In this document: positions 1 through 9,312 of the stretch, piece after piece | Position numbering within the stretch: the first letter of the stretch is position 1 | How the letters are laid out: the number at the start of each line of letters is the position of its first letter | Origin: a bacterium | Lineage (GTDB): Bacteria > Patescibacteriota > UBA1384 > CAILIB01 | Reading direction: 5' to 3' | DNA length: 64,000 nucleotides | Assembly: GCA_037131105.1 (NCBI GenBank) | Contig: JBAXRQ010000001.1 | Span: 66,039-130,038 of the forward strand | The notes under the pieces: model-generated | The model's input: only the letters and a program-made list of their open reading frames with translations | Database searches by the model: none | What the model was told of the DNA's origin: nothing | Program-made: the position numbers and the translations under genes

Positions 1-144
1 ATTGGGATGGCCGATAGGAGCAATAACCGGCGCGTTACCCGCGTAGGCCTTCTGGACAAAAAGCGCAAGAAGTGATATCATCGATCGATGTTGAAAGGTT
101 TCATTTCATTCATTATATGAATCTTACTCGTTAAAGTAAACGAT

Positions 145-1206
145 ATGTCACAAGAAGGAGAGATGGTTAACCCTACCTGGACTAAATATGTCTGTACCAT
201 AGGGCCTGCCAGTCAAAGTAGGGAAGTTATGGAAGGCCTCATTTTGGCCGGCGCAAATATCATGCGTAGCAATTTTGCACATACTCAGTACGACGAGTAC
301 CGGGAGCGCAAGGCTGTCGTGGATGATATGAATGCCCTTTATGGTCTGCACGTCGAGATGCAGGCTGATTTACAGGGTCCAAATATCCGGGTCGGCAGCG
401 GCATCCCCGAGGACGGCATGGATATTGAGGCCGGCAAGGAGTATACCTTCTATACCAATGCCTGCACCGATCCTCAGGAGGGCGAGATCCAGATCAATGA
501 TGAGACCCTGCACATGGATGTTAAGGCCGGTGAGCCTATTACCTTCATGGATGGTGCCCTGGAAGGTACCATTACTGCGGTAGACGGAGCCAGGATCAAG
601 TGCATACTGATCAACAGCGGTCGGCTGAAGCCCCGCAAGAGCGTTAATGTGCCTGATACCGACCTTTCTTCTCCTTCTATTACAGAAAAGGACCGCCGCG
701 ACCTGGAATTCCTCCTGGAAGCCGGTGTGGACTGGATCGCGCTGTCCTTCATCCCCAGTCGCAAGGAAGTGGATGAGATTCGTCAGATGATCGGTAGCCG
801 TCCGGTCAAGATCATGACCAAAGTGGAGCGCAAGGCTGCTATCAAGAATATCGTTGAGCTGGTAGACGCTTCCGACGCCATCATGATCGCCCGCGGTGAC
901 CTGGGCATCGAGATGCCAATGGAGGAGCTACCAATCCTGCAGCGCGATATGATCGACCTCTGCCGCCAGGCCGGCAAGCCGGTACTGACCGCTACCCAGA
1001 TGCTGATGTCCATGACCAGCGCCCTGCGGCCTACCCGCGCCGAGGTGTCTGACGTTGCTAATGCAGTATTTGCTGGTTCAGACGGACTGATGCTCTCTGA
1101 GGAGACCGCCGCCGGTATCGACCCGGTCAACGCTCTGAAGACTATGGTGAAGATCGCCCGCCGGATAGAGGAGTACAAGGCCCGCCCGAACTACTTCAAC
1201 CTTTAG
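145..1206 (+). CDS. pyk: Pyruvate kinase (short form lacking C-terminal regulatory domain)
   Basis: TKYVCTIGPAS, DLQGPNIR, MIARGDLG, TATQML, PTRAEVSDVANAV, LMLSEETA motifs; 353 aa. Confidence 0.95.
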   Translation: MSQEGEMVNPTWTKYVCTIGPASQSREVMEGLILAGANIMRSNFAHTQYDEYRERKAVVDDMNALYGLHVEMQADLQGPNIRVGSGIPEDGMDIEAGKEYTFYTNACTDPQEGEIQINDETLHMDVKAGEPITFMDGALEGTITAVDGARIKCILINSGRLKPRKSVNVPDTDLSSPSITEKDRRDLEFLLEAGVDWIALSFIPSRKEVDEIRQMIGSRPVKIMTKVERKAAIKNIVELVDASDAIMIARGDLGIEMPMEELPILQRDMIDLCRQAGKPVLTATQMLMSMTSALRPTRAEVSDVANAVFAGSDGLMLSEETAAGIDPVNALKTMVKIARRIEEYKARPNYFNL

Positions 1207-1219
1207 GAGTTAGAAACAG

Positions 1220-1249
1220 AAAAAGGACCCCCGAAAGGGGGTCTTTTTT
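1220..1249 (+). terminator. Intrinsic (possibly bidirectional) terminator after pyk
   Basis: aaaaaa-ggacccc-cgaaa-ggggtc-tttttt GC hairpin flanked by A and T tracts. Confidence 0.8.
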
Positions 1250-1435
1250 ATTACCCAGATTATTGGAGAGTTATCCCATGTTATCCACCTGTGGAAAAGT
1301 GCCAAATGCTGAAAACCAAACATGCATATTAAAGGTATGATAGTATATGATTCATTATTTCTCTTGATTGCGCATAGCAAAACCACCCCCGACACAAACG
1401 TCGTGAGGTGGGTGGAATTGTGCGGCGGACCGCGA

Positions 1436-1774
1436 TTAGGCCTCGGCAGGTATTGTGGCGCTGTCGAGGAGTGCTCTCAGCTCCTCTGCTACTTGAGGAC
1501 CAAGGTTGAACTCGGAACGGTGCAAGATCCAGCGGATGATACCCAGGTCGATGCCGACGCCGGTGTGGTTTGGCTCCATGGCGTGGAAGAGGAGGACGGC
1601 ACTTGCCGCCTCGAAGCTGGTCATTGTGGTGGCGGTGGACTCAAAGCCATCGTCATACGTTATCAACTCGGCGTACCCACCTCCGAAACTGAAAGCGACC
1701 ATGTGGAGCTCCTTGTCCGGAGGTGTCTCTCCAAAAATAATCAGCGTACGTTCGGCTAAAGTACCTATCTTCAC
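1436..1774 (-). CDS. Hypothetical protein
   Basis: 112-aa ORF, ggag upstream of the start; no recognisable motif. Confidence 0.5.
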   Translation of the reverse strand: MKIGTLAERTLIIFGETPPDKELHMVAFSFGGGYAELITYDDGFESTATTMTSFEAASAVLLFHAMEPNHTGVGIDLGIIRWILHRSEFNLGPQVAEELRALLDSATIPAEA

Positions 1775-1876
1775 TTTGATCTCCTTTGTACGGCATCATG
1801 CCGGCCAGTGAGAGCTGGCAGTCGAAGAATACCATTTCTGCCTTAAAAAACAAGGCTCCTTTCAGATAGTTTCTTG

Positions 1877-1965
1877 AGCGTCAGGCAGTTGCTTATTGCT
1901 GCCTCCGCAGTACCGAATGGTTAGTTCAGTTTGAGGACAGTAGCAATAAGCAACTGCCTGACGCT
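1877..1965. repeat. Perfect 24-bp inverted repeat with 41-nt spacer
   Basis: agcgtcaggcagttgcttattgct (1877-1900) / agcaataagcaactgcctgacgct (1942-1965). Confidence 0.9.
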
Positions 1966-3667
1966 AATCATAGTACAGCGCGTGGTTCTTGGCCTTTAGT
2001 AGCTTCAGCTCCTCGGCCTGCTGCTTGATGAAGCCGCGCAGCTCGTGATGCTCGTACTCGCTGATCAGGTCAGCTACATGCTCGCCGCCAAGCAAATGGG
2101 GCAGGATGACGTAATTGGCGCCCAGCTTGTAGTATTCCAGGGCGTCGTCGATGTGGTGGCTGGTGACGATAAGAATCGGCTTCTTGTGATGCGCCTTCAC
2201 CTCATTGATAAGGAAGGTGGTCTCCTGGCTGTGGGGGATGGTCGAGATGATCATCGAGGCCTTGTCGGCCTGGATTAGCTCCAGAATGTCCTCGTCCTGT
2301 ACGTCGCCGTACAGGCAGTCTACGCCCTGCTCCTTGAGCCGGCGGATGATGTCGGGATTGAAGTCCACTACCAGCACCCGATGGTGCAGAGCCCGCAGCT
2401 TGCTGAGGATGTGGTAGCCCATGCGGTGATAGCCGAAGATGATAATATGGTTCTCCAGCTCCTTCTCCTCGGCCAAATACAGGTGTTCGCGACCGTTGTG
2501 CTCAATGTGGCGCAGCGGCTTGCGGACTAGGTTATAGAGCCTCTCACGGTTATTGAGCAGGATGGTCGAGACAAAGATGGAAGCGATGGTGGTGAAGACG
2601 ATGCCGGTGGCGATATCGGAAGAGATCTGTCCCTGGGCCAGGCCGATGCTTACCAGTATCAAGGAGAACTCACTCATCTGTCCTAGGCTTAGCGAGGTGA
2701 GGAAGGCTGTGCGGTTCCGGAAGCCGCGCAGGTGCAGGGTAATAAAGGTCATCAGGGGCTTCACGATGACCGTGATGACCATCATGCCACCGATCAGGGC
2801 GTAGATGGAGGGACCGGGTATGGAAAGCTCGGTGCCGAAGCTTACAAAGAGCAAAATGACGAAGAAGTCCCTCAGCGACCTCAGGCGGCTTAGGATATCC
2901 AGGCTGTACGGCAATGCCGCCAGGCTGACGCCGGCCAGGAAGGCGCCGATCTCTACCGGGAAGTCATAATACGATCCGGCAATGGCCACTACGAAGCACC
3001 AGGCCAGACTGGCCAGGAAGAGCAGCTCACCTGACCTGGCAATCCTTCTGAACAGGCGTGGCAGTACGTACTGGGAAAGGAAGTAGAGGATGGCCAGTAG
3101 GGCCAGTGACTTGAGTAGCAGTAGCAAGAGCAGGCTACCGGTGCCCAGGCTGCTGGGGCTGCCGACGCCACCCAGCACTATCATCACAATGATGGCAGCC
3201 ACATCTTGGAACAGCAGCAATCCAACCGAGAGGCGGCCGTGCAGGGAGTTCATGTCCCGGGACTCGGAAAGGATCTTGATGACGATAACCGTAGAGGAGA
3301 AGGAGAGGGCAGCCCCCAGATAGATGCCGGTAAGCACCGGAAGACCAAGTACTGTGCTTAAAAGGTAGCCAGCCAGGAAGCTGCCACTGACCTGGGCGCT
3401 GCCGATCAGGAAGGTAGTGGCTAATTGGTGCTTGGTCTTGCTCCAGTCAAGTTCCAGTCCGACCAGGAAAAGCAGCAAGGCGATGCCGATCTGGCGAATG
3501 CCCTCGAACAGGTTCTGGTTCTGAATGAAGTGGGCACCGATGGGGCCGAGAATGACGCCGGCGATGATATAGCCCAGTATCGGAGGCTGCTTGAGTAGGC
3601 GGACCGCCAGAGCGCAAAACGTGGCGGCGGCCACCACTACGCCTATTTCGGTAAAGATCGTGTTCAT
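1964..3667 (-). CDS. CPA2 cation:proton antiporter with C-terminal KTN/TrkA-N domain (KefB/KefC-like)
   Basis: Multi-TM N-terminus (GLELD, LSFSST, FQD motifs) plus IIIFGYHRMG...YGD nucleotide-binding domain. Confidence 0.9.
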   Translation of the reverse strand: MNTIFTEIGVVVAAATFCALAVRLLKQPPILGYIIAGVILGPIGAHFIQNQNLFEGIRQIGIALLLFLVGLELDWSKTKHQLATTFLIGSAQVSGSFLAGYLLSTVLGLPVLTGIYLGAALSFSSTVIVIKILSESRDMNSLHGRLSVGLLLFQDVAAIIVMIVLGGVGSPSSLGTGSLLLLLLLKSLALLAILYFLSQYVLPRLFRRIARSGELLFLASLAWCFVVAIAGSYYDFPVEIGAFLAGVSLAALPYSLDILSRLRSLRDFFVILLFVSFGTELSIPGPSIYALIGGMMVITVIVKPLMTFITLHLRGFRNRTAFLTSLSLGQMSEFSLILVSIGLAQGQISSDIATGIVFTTIASIFVSTILLNNRERLYNLVRKPLRHIEHNGREHLYLAEEKELENHIIIFGYHRMGYHILSKLRALHHRVLVVDFNPDIIRRLKEQGVDCLYGDVQDEDILELIQADKASMIISTIPHSQETTFLINEVKAHHKKPILIVTSHHIDDALEYYKLGANYVILPHLLGGEHVADLISEYEHHELRGFIKQQAEELKLLKAKNHALYYD

Positions 3668-3760
3668 GATGTCATTATAACCTGGCGAGGGGTCTCCGGT
3701 CTAATGAGTTGAGCCGTGCTTACCAGAGCCTATTATCCCTGTTGCCTCCTGCCCAACAGA

Positions 3761-3789
3761 TTGACAAAGTGGTCGGATTGGCCTATACT
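3761..3789 (+). promoter_or_regulatory. Sigma70 promoter upstream of the CAP gene
   Basis: TTGACA-17 nt-TATACT. Confidence 0.8.
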
Positions 3790-3878
3790 AATATAATTTC
3801 CAAAAAGGAAAAGACGAATACCAAAAAGAGGCGCGACAAAAGAGGGTTCAAAAGAAAAACAAAAACAAAAAGGTTCGC

Positions 3879-4433
3879 ATGACTTCCCAGTCTACCCGCA
3901 CAACCTATCGTCAGATCGCCGTCGCCTTCGTGGTATTCCGCTTGGTGGCGTTCTTCAGTGCCTCGCCTCTGGCTTTCGCCAAGGCAGGGGATACTGGCAC
4001 CGTGAGCGCTGCGGCTACCTCCGCCCGTCTTGAGCAATTCCCACCTCAGCAGTTTCTTGACCTCACCAATGCCGTCCGCCAGACCTACGGTGTCCTTCCT
4101 CTTACCCTGGATGACCAGCTGAATGCCGCCGCTCAGGCCAAGGCCCAAGATATGGTGGACAAGGGGTATTGGGCCCACTTCCGCCCCGGTGACAACAAGG
4201 CTCCTTGGGACTTCATTAGCGAGGCCGGTTATAGCTACCACGTGGCAGGTGAGAACCTGGCCAAGGGTTTTCGTAGTCCTGAGGGCATTACCCAGGCCTG
4301 GGTTGCTAGTCCTACTCATTTGGCTAACCTGGTTTCTCCTAAGTATAGTAATGTCGGATATGCCAGCGTGATGAGCACTGACAGTGATGGCTCTTCAGTC
4401 CTCCTGACTGTTGAAATGTTCGGCCACAAGTAA
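3879..4433 (+). CDS. Secreted CAP/SCP domain protein
   Basis: Signal peptide; LTNAVR, AKAQDM...YWAH, GENLA, WVASPTHLANL. Confidence 0.9.
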   Translation: MTSQSTRTTYRQIAVAFVVFRLVAFFSASPLAFAKAGDTGTVSAAATSARLEQFPPQQFLDLTNAVRQTYGVLPLTLDDQLNAAAQAKAQDMVDKGYWAHFRPGDNKAPWDFISEAGYSYHVAGENLAKGFRSPEGITQAWVASPTHLANLVSPKYSNVGYASVMSTDSDGSSVLLTVEMFGHK

Positions 4434-4448
4434 GAACGTGCGGGTTTT

Positions 4449-4931
4449 GTGGAGGTCGTGAAGTGCTATAATGGGCTTGTGAGCAGCCATCCTTACCGAT
4501 ATTTTTTCCGCCGCCTCTTACTCTGGCTGCGCGGTTCATTCAGCTTTCTCTGGCTGGCCCTGGTGGCCGGCTACTTGATGGTGCTGGCTGGGCACGCCGT
4601 CTACGCTAATTATCAGTCCCAACAGGAAACGGTTGACCTGCAGCGACAGCTTGTCAGGTCCCAGGAGCAGGAGGCCCGGTTGAATGCTCTTCTCATTTAC
4701 TATCGCACTGACTCGTTCAAGGAAAAGGTGCTGCGTAAGGATCTTCTTCTGAAATTGCCACAGGAACAGGTGTTTGCGCTTCCGGAGTCAAGCGGTAGTG
4801 CCAGTGAGCTTGATGAGGGGACGGTGGCGGAAGGTTTGGCCGATACGTCGTCTGTCTCTGGAAAAATAGAAAACGCCGGAGAATCCATATGGCGGCGGTG
4901 GGTGGATTACCTCTGGACCGGGCAGCGCTAA
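4449..4931 (+). CDS. Septum formation initiator (FtsB/DivIC-like)
   Basis: Single TM, coiled coil, 'FKEKVLRKDLLLKLPQE', C-terminal W..W..Y typical of CPR homologues; exact start uncertain. Confidence 0.7.
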   Translation: MEVVKCYNGLVSSHPYRYFFRRLLLWLRGSFSFLWLALVAGYLMVLAGHAVYANYQSQQETVDLQRQLVRSQEQEARLNALLIYYRTDSFKEKVLRKDLLLKLPQEQVFALPESSGSASELDEGTVAEGLADTSSVSGKIENAGESIWRRWVDYLWTGQR

Positions 4932-4967
4932 ATCCCGGTTTTAACCTGTTGATATGTGGCTAGGGGA

Positions 4968-4996
4968 TTGACAAATCCCCCTTTTTGTGGTACATT
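4968..4996 (+). promoter_or_regulatory. Sigma70 promoter with palindrome over the -35 box
   Basis: TTGACA-17 nt-TACATT; ggggatt/aatcccc inverted repeat 4963-4980. Confidence 0.6.
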
Positions 4997-5053
4997 GGCT
5001 CAACTATCCACAGCCTGCGTGAGTGGGAGTGAGGTAGCGGAGGTGTAAGTATA

Positions 5054-5740
5054 ATGGTTAAGTTTTCGACGATTCTCGTTTTGCTTGCTGTTTTTTCCGG
5101 GATGGCCCATGCGGCAATCAACGTGGAGAGCGTTACTACCACAGCGGTGGTAAATACGTTAGCGGTTGATCAACTGGACGACTCGTCTAGCATCGCTAAA
5201 TACATCTTCCACGATGCTGCGGCCCACCAGGTCGCAACGGGCAGCTACTGTCTGCGAGTCAACTCGACGCTGGTCATCTCGACCACCGACTACAGTCAGT
5301 GTGCTACCCTCGACATGAGGGCCGACCTGAGTGGTCCCAGCGGGACGGTCTGCCTTACCAATAGGGTGGAGAAGACCGTCCAAAATAGGGATGTGGCGTC
5401 GGGCCAGTATCAATGCGCCCATCGCCAAGCGGTGAGGGCAGCAGCGTACTGCATGGTCGGTCTGATACGTAACCAGATCGAATCTTGGGAGCGTAACTGC
5501 CGCCACCCGTACATCACGGGGCCTTACTACTCTGACCAGGTCTGCACGACGCCGCGCCGGTATTGCGAGCCGCCGGTAGTCTACACGACGCCGCGCCGGT
5601 ATTGCGAGCCGCCAGTGGTCGTCATCGAGAGCCATTTCGGGGGTGGTAGAAGTCGTTTCCCCGTTAATATCATCATCCCTGTGCAGCCACAAGGCTGTCG
5701 GGATGACAGGAGGGGAGGTTATCGCCACTACGGGCGCTAA
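5054..5740 (+). CDS. Secreted Cys-rich hypothetical protein with 13-aa tandem repeat
   Basis: GGAGG RBS, signal peptide (AHA), TTPRRYCEPPVV x2. Confidence 0.75.
   Translation: MVKFSTILVLLAVFSGMAHAAINVESVTTTAVVNTLAVDQLDDSSSIAKYIFHDAAAHQVATGSYCLRVNSTLVISTTDYSQCATLDMRADLSGPSGTVCLTNRVEKTVQNRDVASGQYQCAHRQAVRAAAYCMVGLIRNQIESWERNCRHPYITGPYYSDQVCTTPRRYCEPPVVYTTPRRYCEPPVVVIESHFGGGRSRFPVNIIIPVQPQGCRDDRRGGYRHYGR
5546..5620 (+). repeat. 39-bp tandem duplication in CDS
   Basis: acgacgccgcgccggtattgcgagccgcc at 5546 and 5585. Confidence 0.9.
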
Positions 5741-5755
5741 TCTCAAAGAAGTACG

Positions 5756-5797
5756 AAAAGGGCGCGACCACATCAGTGGTCGCGCCCTCTTTCTTTG
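5756..5797. terminator. Bidirectional terminator between convergent genes
   Basis: aaaagggcgcgaccac-atca-gtggtcgcgccctctttcttt. Confidence 0.85.
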
Positions 5798-5808
5798 ATT
5801 TCTAGGAA

Positions 5809-6258
5809 CTACTGGGTGGAAACGTTGGTGGAGTCGCTGCCGCCGACCGTGGTGCCGATACCGACGGCAAAACGGACGATGAAGAAGGCGGCTACGATGA
5901 CCACGATACCGATGACGGCGTTGATGATACCCTGGCGGGCTACCTTGGCTTTTTCTGCATTTCCGGCCGAGGTGATGTACTGGAAACCTGACCAGATCAG
6001 GTAGATCACAGCAAGGATACCGGCCAACAGCAATAGGATGTTGATGGCACGTCCAGCGATGGTGCCGATGCTGCCCTGTAGGTCATCAGCAGCTCCGGAG
6101 CCGTTGAAGTCAGTGCTTCCATTTATCTTGAGCTGGTAAGGGTCATTTCCTCCGACGCCGTTAGCGGCGAAGGCGCGACCGGCTCCGGCCATGGCGAGTG
6201 TAGCTCCGGTAGCGAACATTCCTGCGTACGTATAGGCCTTATAGGCTAATTTCTTCAT
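5809..6258 (-). CDS. VirB2/TrbC-like pilin
   Basis: Signal peptide, then IYLIWSGFQYITSAGNAEKAKVARQGIINAVIG hairpin motif. Confidence 0.85.
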   Translation of the reverse strand: MKKLAYKAYTYAGMFATGATLAMAGAGRAFAANGVGGNDPYQLKINGSTDFNGSGAADDLQGSIGTIAGRAINILLLLAGILAVIYLIWSGFQYITSAGNAEKAKVARQGIINAVIGIVVIVAAFFIVRFAVGIGTTVGGSDSTNVSTQ

Positions 6259-6343
6259 TTTCCTCCTTCTGGATTATGATTGTTACACTTATTGTAAGGT
6301 GGATCAGTTTTGCCTGTCAATCTCTGTATCGGCAAATAGACTC

Positions 6344-6775
6344 CTAAACCCTGCCTGCGAGGATGCGGGCAACGCCTATAATGGCTCCTAGTAAGGTATA
6401 AGCCGTTGCTATTACAACGACGGCGAGCAAGGAGTTAATGATGACCTGGCGGGCGCGCGTGACCGCCTCAGCGCTGCCATTGGCGGTGATATAGAGGATG
6501 CCGCCGTAAATAAGGCTTAGGACTGCCAGGCCGCCGAGAATGGGGAGGGCGACACGGTTGACCAGATGGTCCCAGACGAAATTTCCTACCCGGTTTACGT
6601 CGTCACCCTGCCCGTCAATAAAGCCGAACTGGGCTACGATAGCGGGGCTATTTGTACCGGCCGTACCCTGGCCGACGATATCGGGTATGGTGTTTCCGGC
6701 GTGGACAGCTGTCGGCGTGACGAAGGCCAGAGCCAGAGGAAGTAGTCGAAATGCGGTGAGTAGGCGGGCGATCAT
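6344..6775 (-). CDS. VirB2/TrbC-like pilin
   Basis: LIYGGILYITANGSAEAVTRARQVIINSLL motif. Confidence 0.85.
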   Translation of the reverse strand: MIARLLTAFRLLPLALAFVTPTAVHAGNTIPDIVGQGTAGTNSPAIVAQFGFIDGQGDDVNRVGNFVWDHLVNRVALPILGGLAVLSLIYGGILYITANGSAEAVTRARQVIINSLLAVVVIATAYTLLGAIIGVARILAGRV

Positions 6776-7548
6776 TGTACGACGCCGCTAAGGCCTGATG
6801 GCGGGGTGCCTGCATTGATATTTCCATCCACGGTGGCCTGGATAGATCCGTACAGAATAATTTTGGCAAAGATGGTGATAATGAGACCGGCATAGACAGC
6901 GATGAGGATGGTCTTGGCCTTTTTGACGTTTGCCTCACTGGCAAAGCCGGCGATGTACAGGAGTCCGGCATAGACGGTGAAGATGACCGCAAGAGCGCCA
7001 GCCGCCCAGTTTATAAGGGTAAGCCCCTTGTAAGAGAAAAATCTGAAGACGTCCAGACCCCAGTCTGCCGGAGGACAGGCGTTGGCGCCGGTGGCGTCGG
7101 GGCGAAGGTTATCAGGAATAAGGGGAAATACTGTATTGGCTGCCGGTTCCAGCACTTCAATAGTGCAGCCAGTGATGGGGGCTGGTGGATCTGCGATGGG
7201 AAGCGGTGTAGCCGGCTTGGTGTCTGGCTTGGTGTCCGGTTTAGTACCAGGTTTGGTACCCGGTTTAGTACCCGGCTTGGTGCCCGGCGGATCAGCTGCC
7301 AGAGTCCGTGAACTGGATACATCGCCCAATGTTCGTTCCTGAATAGACACAGTCGAATCCACTACGGCGGCCTGTGGCTTGGTGACAGTAAGGGTGGGGG
7401 CCAGAGCAAAAAGCAGTAGGCTTCCCCCGATGGTGACGGGAACGCCAATCAAGGCTGTCTTTGACTGCCAGCCAGTAGGTCCGCCGCTGCTCCTGGGAGC
7501 CGGCTTTGAGTGGGGGAAGGATTTTCCGAGGAAGGACTTCTTGGGCAT
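6772..7548 (-). CDS. Extended VirB2/TrbC-like pilin with TKPG/TKPD repeat stalk
   Basis: YAGLLYIAGFASEANVKKAKTIL motif; start taken at MPKKSF, just after the upstream stop. Confidence 0.75.
   Translation of the reverse strand: MPKKSFLGKSFPHSKPAPRSSGGPTGWQSKTALIGVPVTIGGSLLLFALAPTLTVTKPQAAVVDSTVSIQERTLGDVSSSRTLAADPPGTKPGTKPGTKPGTKPDTKPDTKPATPLPIADPPAPITGCTIEVLEPAANTVFPLIPDNLRPDATGANACPPADWGLDVFRFFSYKGLTLINWAAGALAVIFTVYAGLLYIAGFASEANVKKAKTILIAVYAGLIITIFAKIILYGSIQATVDGNINAGTPPSGLSGVVQ
7212..7287 (-). repeat. 12-bp tandem repeat encoding (TKP[G/D/A])x6
   Basis: PPGTKPGTKPGTKPGTKPDTKPDTKPA. Confidence 0.85.
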
Positions 7549-7549
7549 G

Positions 7550-7864
7550 CTACCTGAAGAGGTGGGTGATAAACCTGACGATGATGGCGGCAAAGACTAT
7601 AAGAAATATACCAAGAACCAGGTTCAATAAGTTCTTCTTGGCGGTAGTCCAGGCCTCAGGCTTGCCTGCCGAAGTGAGTAGAAGCCAGGCACAGAAGAGC
7701 AGGCACAGAAAGCCGAGCGGATAGGCGGCGAAGGTCAGCAGGTCGAGAGCCCGATTGAAGAGGTCGGGTACAGTTGTGACCGTTCCTGGTCCTGGAATGG
7801 TCAGAACGGCATCATCGGCATGGGCCGTCCCGATACCTAGCAGCAGTGTGAAGAATGGGTTCAT
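7550..7864 (-). CDS. VirB2/TrbC-like pilin
   Basis: AHA signal, LLLTSAGKPEAWTTAKKNLLNLVLG motif. Confidence 0.8.
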   Translation of the reverse strand: MNPFFTLLLGIGTAHADDAVLTIPGPGTVTTVPDLFNRALDLLTFAAYPLGFLCLLFCAWLLLTSAGKPEAWTTAKKNLLNLVLGIFLIVFAAIIVRFITHLFR

Positions 7865-7872
7865 GGCCAGAA

Positions 7873-9300
7873 CTAGGATGTGGGAACTGCGACTGGGTTC
7901 AGTAGGGTGTCTATCTGGTCGGCGGCAGTCTTGATGGCGTCAGCCGGGGAAATGCCGTTCTGGCTGACATTAACGATGGTTTGGTGGAAGGTTTGGTCAA
8001 ACTGGGTATGGCCTAGTTTGTAGGTGGTCTTGCCGGTGAGAATTTGCTTGCTCAGGAAGTCGCTGGAACTGTTCTGGTCCAAAGTAGCCGCAAATGGTGA
8101 CTTGAGCTTCAGTTCGCTGGCTAGGCCCTTGGCCATGGCTTGGTTGGTGTAAAGTTTCATAAAGGCAAAGGCGGCGGCTGGATTGTCGGCAGTCTTGGTG
8201 ACGGTCTCAAGAGAGAAACGGATCCAGTTTACTGGAGTCTGCGATACGCTTACCTGCGGCACAGGGCTAATTTGGGGACTGAAGTGAGGGTATTTTACTT
8301 TGAGTTTTTGTCCGAAGTCGGAGTACGCGACCACCATGGCAAGCTTTCCCTGGGCAAAGGCGTCGAGAGCGTCCGGCATGGAAGGGTTCCAGGAGTAGGT
8401 AGCCTTGCTAGGATCTGAGAACGAGGAGAAGAAGGAGAGGGCATTCTCACCTGGGCGTACCTGTCCTCCAGAAGGAGTGGTGGTGGGAACATGGAAAAGT
8501 GGGTTCTTGTGGTCGTCACTGACTATCTTGGCACCGTTCTGGCTGATCAGAAGTTCCAAAGTATCTTGGGCATTGGGAATGTTGTCGGCGGTACCGAGAG
8601 CGATGGCGGAGCGGGTGATGGTATTGCCGTTACGAATGGTAATGTACTTGACGTCATTGACTACATCGTCCCAGGTGGCCGGGGGATTATTCAATAGTAA
8701 GCGAACTGGTTGGTATAAGGCGTCGCTGAAATTGGTTCCGAGTGACTTGCGATAATCTTGTAGGGCTTGACTGAAGACGTCTTGGTTTACATAGAGCCTG
8801 AGAGTATCGACATTGGTAGGTAGGCCGTAGACATGGGTGCCGTCGGCACTGATGATCTGGCTGGAGATGCCGACAGGGTACAGTTTCTTCACTTCGTCCA
8901 CCGGCTTGGGGCTGCCGGTCACCTGGCTGAAGAAGTCGTCGGGGAGAGGCTGGACCTGGTCCTGGTAGTCGCCTATCCAGTCGTTGGGGATGCTCCAGAT
9001 ATCCGGCCCCTGCCTTCCGGCGAGCGACTTCAGGGAGGCAAATTCGTAGTTATCGATAGTTCGGTTCTGGTAGCTGACCTTGGTAGCTGTGTGGTCCTTC
9101 TGGAACTGAGTAATGGTGTCACGGAAGGAGTCGACTGCCTGGCCTACCCGCCAGATACGGATCAGGTTGGTATGGGGGGTGCTAGTACCGGTAGTGCTGC
9201 AGCCGGTCGCCACAAGGCCGAAAATGCCGATGAGGCCGACAGTGGCTCCCTTGGAGAGCTTCAGCCTCAGTTTTTTTGATGGTGAGTGGTGCTGCCCCAT
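7873..9300 (-). CDS. Extracellular solute-binding lipoprotein (sugar SBP family)
   Basis: Lipobox-like VATGC; GPDIW, YGLP, LYVNQD, FAQGKLAM motifs. Confidence 0.85.
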   Translation of the reverse strand: MGQHHSPSKKLRLKLSKGATVGLIGIFGLVATGCSTTGTSTPHTNLIRIWRVGQAVDSFRDTITQFQKDHTATKVSYQNRTIDNYEFASLKSLAGRQGPDIWSIPNDWIGDYQDQVQPLPDDFFSQVTGSPKPVDEVKKLYPVGISSQIISADGTHVYGLPTNVDTLRLYVNQDVFSQALQDYRKSLGTNFSDALYQPVRLLLNNPPATWDDVVNDVKYITIRNGNTITRSAIALGTADNIPNAQDTLELLISQNGAKIVSDDHKNPLFHVPTTTPSGGQVRPGENALSFFSSFSDPSKATYSWNPSMPDALDAFAQGKLAMVVAYSDFGQKLKVKYPHFSPQISPVPQVSVSQTPVNWIRFSLETVTKTADNPAAAFAFMKLYTNQAMAKGLASELKLKSPFAATLDQNSSSDFLSKQILTGKTTYKLGHTQFDQTFHQTIVNVSQNGISPADAIKTAADQIDTLLNPVAVPTS

Positions 9301-9312
9301 AGCACGAGATGA

